Positions 58,675 to 64,000 of a stretch of DNA of 64,000 nt are shown piece after piece (the stretch's first letter is position 1; each line of letters begins with the position of its first letter). This DNA is from Ophelia neglecta. Taxonomy: Eukaryota. Below the pieces are notes generated by a model. It saw nothing but the letters and a program-made list of their open reading frames with translations, did no database searches and was not told where the DNA came from. The position numbers and the translations under genes are program-made. The stretch is taken from contig OZ260663.1 in assembly GCA_965285935.1 (NCBI GenBank), forward strand, positions 26,660,001-26,724,000, written 5' to 3'.

Positions 58675-59190
58675 AGAGAAACACCCATATTTGTGCAAAA
58701 GTATTCCGCGCAAAGTATTCTACGTTTTAGATGGTGTTGACACTATTTGGTAGGTAGTTAACTTTGCCTTAACCCATGACACTATTCTCGGCATGACAAA
58801 ATAGTGTTTGCGAGACTTTAATATAACATTTGTTCAACTAGGTCAACCCTCAGGAACCACTTTTGACGTTACGACGCACATTGTCAGCAGACAAATGCCT
58901 TAATTTTGAGACGAGGCCAACAAAAATTGCTAAAAATTCAAAGAAGTGCCGTGCCCTTAATCTGTCAGACCGGAAATTTAAATTAGTTTTGGGCATATTT
59001 TCTTATTGGGTAAGATGCATATGTGCGCAAAGTTTGAGCAGTCTGCGAGCCATAATTAAAGTGATTTTTCTTTCACAAATTCAGCATAGTGGAAATGCGT
59101 ACCTGCGGAATTTCGGCCCTTCGAAGTAGGGGACTTTCGGAATAATGAAGCTTCGTAATAGCCGACCTTCGGAATATTGGTATGTCACCG
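58675..59190. mobile_element. probable MITE with subterminal TTCGGAATA repeats
   Basis: about 5 spaced copies of (T)TCG(G/T/A)AATA-like motifs ending GTCACCG at the right; degenerate inverse TATTCC motifs at the left. Confidence 0.35.
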
Positions 59191-59329
59191 CCGCCTCCCT
59201 CCTCTGGGGGTTGATATAAATAAATGCAAGTCTTTAATGAACGCTGGGTTTTTAATGATAAACGCCGGTGTATGATATGCGCAGGGTACTCACTCTAGAA
59301 GCTTTTGTGATCATTTAGATTCAAAAGAC

Positions 59330-60090
59330 CGAGGTGCATGCAAGCCTTTCATATACTGTGTAGGCCTTGTGACTGGTGGGTCGCAGATTCACATGTTATG
59401 CCGGTCTTTAATAAGTGCTGGTATGTAATAAACGTCGTGTCTAAGAATTCCGAGAAAGAAATAAACGCCCCCAGCATGTGTTCAGTTCACCTCTTCCTTA
59501 GCCACCTTTTTTTCTTCAAAATCTACCCGTCCGTCAGAGAATCTTTCTATGCAGAACATAGAGTTGCTGATATGATTCTGTGCAATTGTCTATTTTTTCA
59601 TGTGCCATTTATTAATTAGATGATCGTAAACAGACACGCAGTCCCATAAGCCAGCCGACACTGGATGGTTCAGACATGTAAAGTATTCGGAAAGATACCT
59701 GGTCAATAAGTAAGACCGACACTTCCACCATTTGGTTGTACCAACATGCAACTTTGCTGTTAAGTGTGTGTCCCCGACGTATGGGTAGAGGAATTGAGAA
59801 ATTGATGAAAAGTCATTCAATAATGGAGATAAAGGCAATGTGCATTGGTCGCAAAGGTATACTATCTTCAAGTTGGAGAACTAGTTCAACTTCGATTTTT
59901 CTGGGTACTCCCGTGAGAAAATCAACTAACACACACAAAGCTGTCAACTTGCAGTCCGATAATCTGGAAGGTGATTACATGATTTGGGTTTTTGGTCCAG
60001 AAACCTATACGGGTCCGGGTCAATTTTGCTGATGACACGACCAGATACGTTGGGATAGCGGTAAAATCATATGTTCCCAGTTGCCGGCAG
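59330..60090 (+). mobile_element. decayed Ty3/Gypsy integrase C-terminal relic
   Basis: ordered frameshifted peptides LMKSH, FQVGELVQLR, EGDYMI...PETY, VKSYVP, resembling the MK..YD / F.VGDLV / GPY.I...TY / LKPY motifs. Confidence 0.45.
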
Positions 60091-60867
60091 GCCAAACACT
60101 GGTTGTTTGTCCAATGTGTAATGTATATATTAAATAAGGATATTGTACAGGAAAATCTGTACTTCAGTATCACAATTATTACAATCCATTTAGAGTTCGT
60201 ACGAAAATTCATAAAATGTCCCGTGGTCAGTTCTGCCAGCACCATCACTTAGACCTGCATATTACTTTACTCTTCGCACTTTGAACAATGCCCGTCACCC
60301 AAACCTATAACCTTCAATCACATTCAGGGACATGTTCTTGTTATATGCATATTTTACCTACCCTTATCACACCCCAGTCGCATTTTTTGTGGATATACAT
60401 CTTGTTAACCGTAGAATTTCTCCGATAAACTAAATAGCGGTAAATTAGGAAATGAATAAATATGCAACGATAAAAAATCAAATCCCAATGATGAACAATT
60501 TCATAAATAAACAGATTCCTTGAAAACACCCACAAGCTATTCCGACAACGATGTTCACAAAAATAAGTGTATTTACACATTCTAAACCCGTGAGTCTATG
60601 TTTTAAGGTGCTTGGAAGCATTCTTCATATGGATAACGAGTATGGAACGCAAGCCACTGGTGCGGGAAAAGAACGAAGAAAAATAAAACGTCTAGCCAAC
60701 CTATAGAAGTAGTAATGCCTTTTTACTTTGGCATTTGTCATAGCGTTGGAGTTTCACATAAGAGCGCCGCAGGCAACAACCCTGACCAAAGAAACCATCT
60801 GTCACGGTTATGCACATTTGACAAGACGCGCTGAGGACAACTCACCTGATTAGTCCCATTTTTTCCT

Positions 60868-61440
60868 ATGAAAACACACCTGACCACGATGGGCGTACCT
60901 AGCAGCTTAGAGGACCTGAAATCCCGTAACTTGTACGTGTCCCTTGTTGCGGAGTTTCTAGGAATATTCTTCTTGGTGTTTATAGGATGTGGGTCGTGTA
61001 TTCACTACCCTGGGAACTGGGTCGGAATCGGTCTTACCTTCGGCCTGACTGCGGCCACCATGGTCTGGAATATAGGTCATATCTCCGGGTGTCATATAAA
61101 CACAGCAATCACATTCGGCTTTCTGATAACCCGGAAGATCAGCCCACTGCGTGCAGTGTTCTATATGATTGTACAACTTATTGGTGCCATAGTGGCAGCG
61201 GCTGTTCTTAAGGGGGTCCTTAACCCAACAAGCAACCTAACTCATCACCTTGCTGCAAATCTCGGAACCTCTGCCCCCAATATTGGGGTCACTTTAGGAC
61301 AGGCATTCGGCATTGAGTTACTTATTACCTTCGTCCTTGTATTCACCGTGTTTTCGACCTGTGACGGTCTGCGGGTGGATCACAGGGGCTCGGGGGCACT
61401 CGCCATCGGCTTCTCCCTCACCCTGTCAGTAATATTTGCC
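60868..61440 (+). CDS. AQP4-like: aquaporin coding exon 1 (TM1-TM5)
   Basis: 191 codons, ends GCC|gtaagt; start at ATG 60868 or 60889. Confidence 0.93.
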
Positions 61441-63598
61441 GTAAGTACAATTTACTCTATAGATGTTTTTGGTGATGTGTGATTAATTTTTATTTCTACG
61501 AAAAAAATACCGATTTACCCTAGTAAATAACATTTGTAATCATTTTGTTGTATTTGCCAATGACACAGACTAATACAATGAGAAAACTTAGTTGCTCAAA
61601 AAGCAATTCAGTGGCCAAGGATAACCAAAATGGTTACTTCAAATCTTAAGAGATAGTGTGTACTTCGATATCTCGAGGACAAATTCCAAAATCAAAATTG
61701 AAGCACTAATTAAAGTTATAATTGTATCCATATTCATACATTGTCATTACATGACTATTAAGTGCTATGGCCGATGATATTGCATTATAAGTTTGGCAGA
61801 CAAATGATAAAACTTTTTATTTTCAATACAGCCAAACATTAAGATTATGCAGATTCTTGCCTTTAAAGGAGTTCAGAAAGTGTCTGGGCAAATTGATACG
61901 GATGGTCGTTTCCTATTTCTCTGATCAAATACTTTTTCAAACGCAATTCGCTGAATTTAAATAAAATGATTTGTTCATGTCTTACGGAATTATAAACCCT
62001 TTCCTTTTCTTACCCAAAAAGAGTTATTGTTGACAGTATCATAGCTTTTTGAAGAAATGGGTGTTTTTTAAGATGAAAACATCAGCGATTACCCGAAAAA
62101 GGTAAATCTTTTACCAGAAATCAGTGCAAAACGGGGTACTATTCAAATTTTTATCTGAATTGCAGGCCCCGGGGGTTGTGTCTTGGTTGTTGTGTTAGTG
62201 CTAAAACCTATCAAATATGACCATTTATATAAGTACTGACAGTGTGTAATTTGCCTCTTCAACCTATGTGCACGCCATTTAAATGGCCGTATGATGAATA
62301 TAGCATCCAAATGTGTGATACCTGTATTGGAAAATCTTATACTGCAACGATTAATTAAAGATATCTAGCCATGAGCATAGCATATTTGCAGTCATAAATA
62401 CTTTTTTTGTTTGTGAATATGGACAGGAGCCAACCTATATTTATAGCTTAAATAGGATTATTTGTAGATGTAGATACACTCCAATGTACCGATTGCTGGC
62501 TTGGGAAATGGACCTATGTAATAAATGGCAATACCAGCCTCAGTTGAATGGTTAAAGGTAATAACAAAGAATAGCAGTAACGAACTACCGTGACCTATAT
62601 GGCCCCCAGGTGCACTAAACCAGAAAATGACCTATTTACCACACATCACACTTTAAACGGTAGCTTGGGGCCTTGCACCAATTGGGCATGTACAGTTTTA
62701 CCTGTGTTACCTGGCGTATTGTAAAAGCAAATCATGTTAGGGTAGTCTTGAAATTTTTCATTCAAAAGCAGTCAGTCTGAATGGTGGGATGGTACATCAT
62801 ATAAAAACAGTATGAACGACATTTTCTACGTGTCTTAAGACTGCGCATCGAAGGGTGAAAGCATTCTGAGGACCCCTTAGCGATTCACTATTCCATAAAG
62901 TTGTTTATGTTCGTGTATGTATGTGTGTGTTTTTTTTTGGAGGGGAGGGGGGGGGGGGGTTGTCATTAAAGACAAAAATCAATGGGTGCTTGCAAATCAA
63001 ATTTCCTTGTTTATCCCGGGGACGTGCAGGATGGTTACCTGTATTAGTTTATTTTTCATGATTAAATCATTTGTTTTATCTAAACGAAAAGGGACATTGC
63101 CAGAGCATAACATATTTGAATTAGGTAAAATGTTACGTTTAATGCACTTGCTTTTGTGTGCTAAATTTTCTCGTCAAATTCGCTTGAACGACCAAAAACT
63201 ATACAAATCCAGTAGAGACACCAGTGACACCAACCTAGGCGACGACATATGATTTATGAGATAATTATTATCGGTAAAATAAATTCTTCCTAAAACACAT
63301 AGTATGTGTATTTACAAATGTTTATTGGAGTGATAAAGTGCATTAACAGGAATGTGACCTCCCACATGGCCACAGTCATAAATAACAAATTAAGATCCCG
63401 ATTTTTGTTCGAACCACATTGCATCATGTTTATTTTTACATAATCGCCAATGGTAAGTACTATCCGTTTTGGATTCACGCTTGTTTTTATTTATTCTATG
63501 GTACTGTTTTGCTGCAGGCTCCCCTGACCGGCGCCGGTATGAACCCTGCCAGAGTGTTTGGCCCAGCTCTCATCTCTAACACATGGACTGCGCATTGG
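60868..63598 (+). CDS. AQP4-like: Aquaporin (MIP family), AQP4-grade; 3' end lies beyond the window
   Basis: Exons 60868-61440 and 63518-63598. Motifs: AEFLG (TM1), HISGCHINTA (loop B), Q..GA..A (TM3), IELLITFVLVFTVF..CD..R (TM4), ALAIGFS (TM5), TGAGMNPARVFGPA...HW (loop E). Confidence 0.95.
63518..63598 (+). CDS. AQP4-like: aquaporin coding exon 2 (loop E, NPAR)
   Basis: ctgcag|GCT ... TGG|gtaaat; 81 nt, the size of the loop-E exon of classical vertebrate aquaporins. Confidence 0.93.
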
Positions 63599-64000
63599 GT
63601 AAATATGTTGGAAGAATTATTGTCCTTTTTTATTTATATTAATGGCAAATATGTCGAATGCCAGGCCATCAAGCGCATGTTGTCTGCACACATAAACAGC
63701 TTTGTCAAACGGTAAGGGTTTCGACAATGAATAATATTCTTTATTAGTTTTTTTGTATGCATTGGTGGCTCACTGCTCTGCTGATTGAAGAAATTTCAAT
63801 CTGGATGTAACTGAAAATCGATAACTTATGCCGGTTGATTATCGATGGCCCTCGACAGGGGTACTCCATATTTTCATAATTTCATGTGTATTGAACCCCG
63901 TTACATTTGATATTCCTTAAACTTGATATTCCTTTTATGAATCACATAATATGGTACACATTGACGAGTTTGTTAAAACTTGATGTGTTTATGAAAATTA

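Noticed and set aside
61441-61482. Aquaporin ORF tail VSTIYSIDVFGDV* as a truncated protein
   Set aside because: It is read-through into the intron after the GCC|gtaagt donor; the NPAR exon follows at 63518.

Overview
AT-rich eukaryotic (animal, most likely invertebrate) genomic DNA with spliceosomal GT-AG introns; no prokaryotic features. Two protein-coding genes lie on the + strand. (1) A FACIT-type, collagen alpha-1(IX)-like gene: 34 exons traced by hand from 26861 to the stop at 55907, about 976 codons, encoding a TSPN/LamG domain, an interrupted Gly-X-Y helix, NC2, COL1 and a short NC1. Its signal-peptide exon was not found; a candidate upstream exon lies at 7620-7725. (2) An AQP4-grade aquaporin (exons 60868-61440 and 63518-63598) that runs off the window end. 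The rest is intron or intergenic DNA with decayed L1/Tx1-like LINE pieces, a young PIF/Harbinger-like deletion derivative, MITEs, a Gypsy integrase relic and tandem repeats. Most notable: the aquaporin has NTA in place of the first NPA and Val in place of the selectivity-filter His; the collagen has CxxC instead of the FACIT CxxxxC motif, a candidate 12-nt microexon, and a long fold-back that starts at its stop codon. All homology statements come from motif recognition, not database searches.
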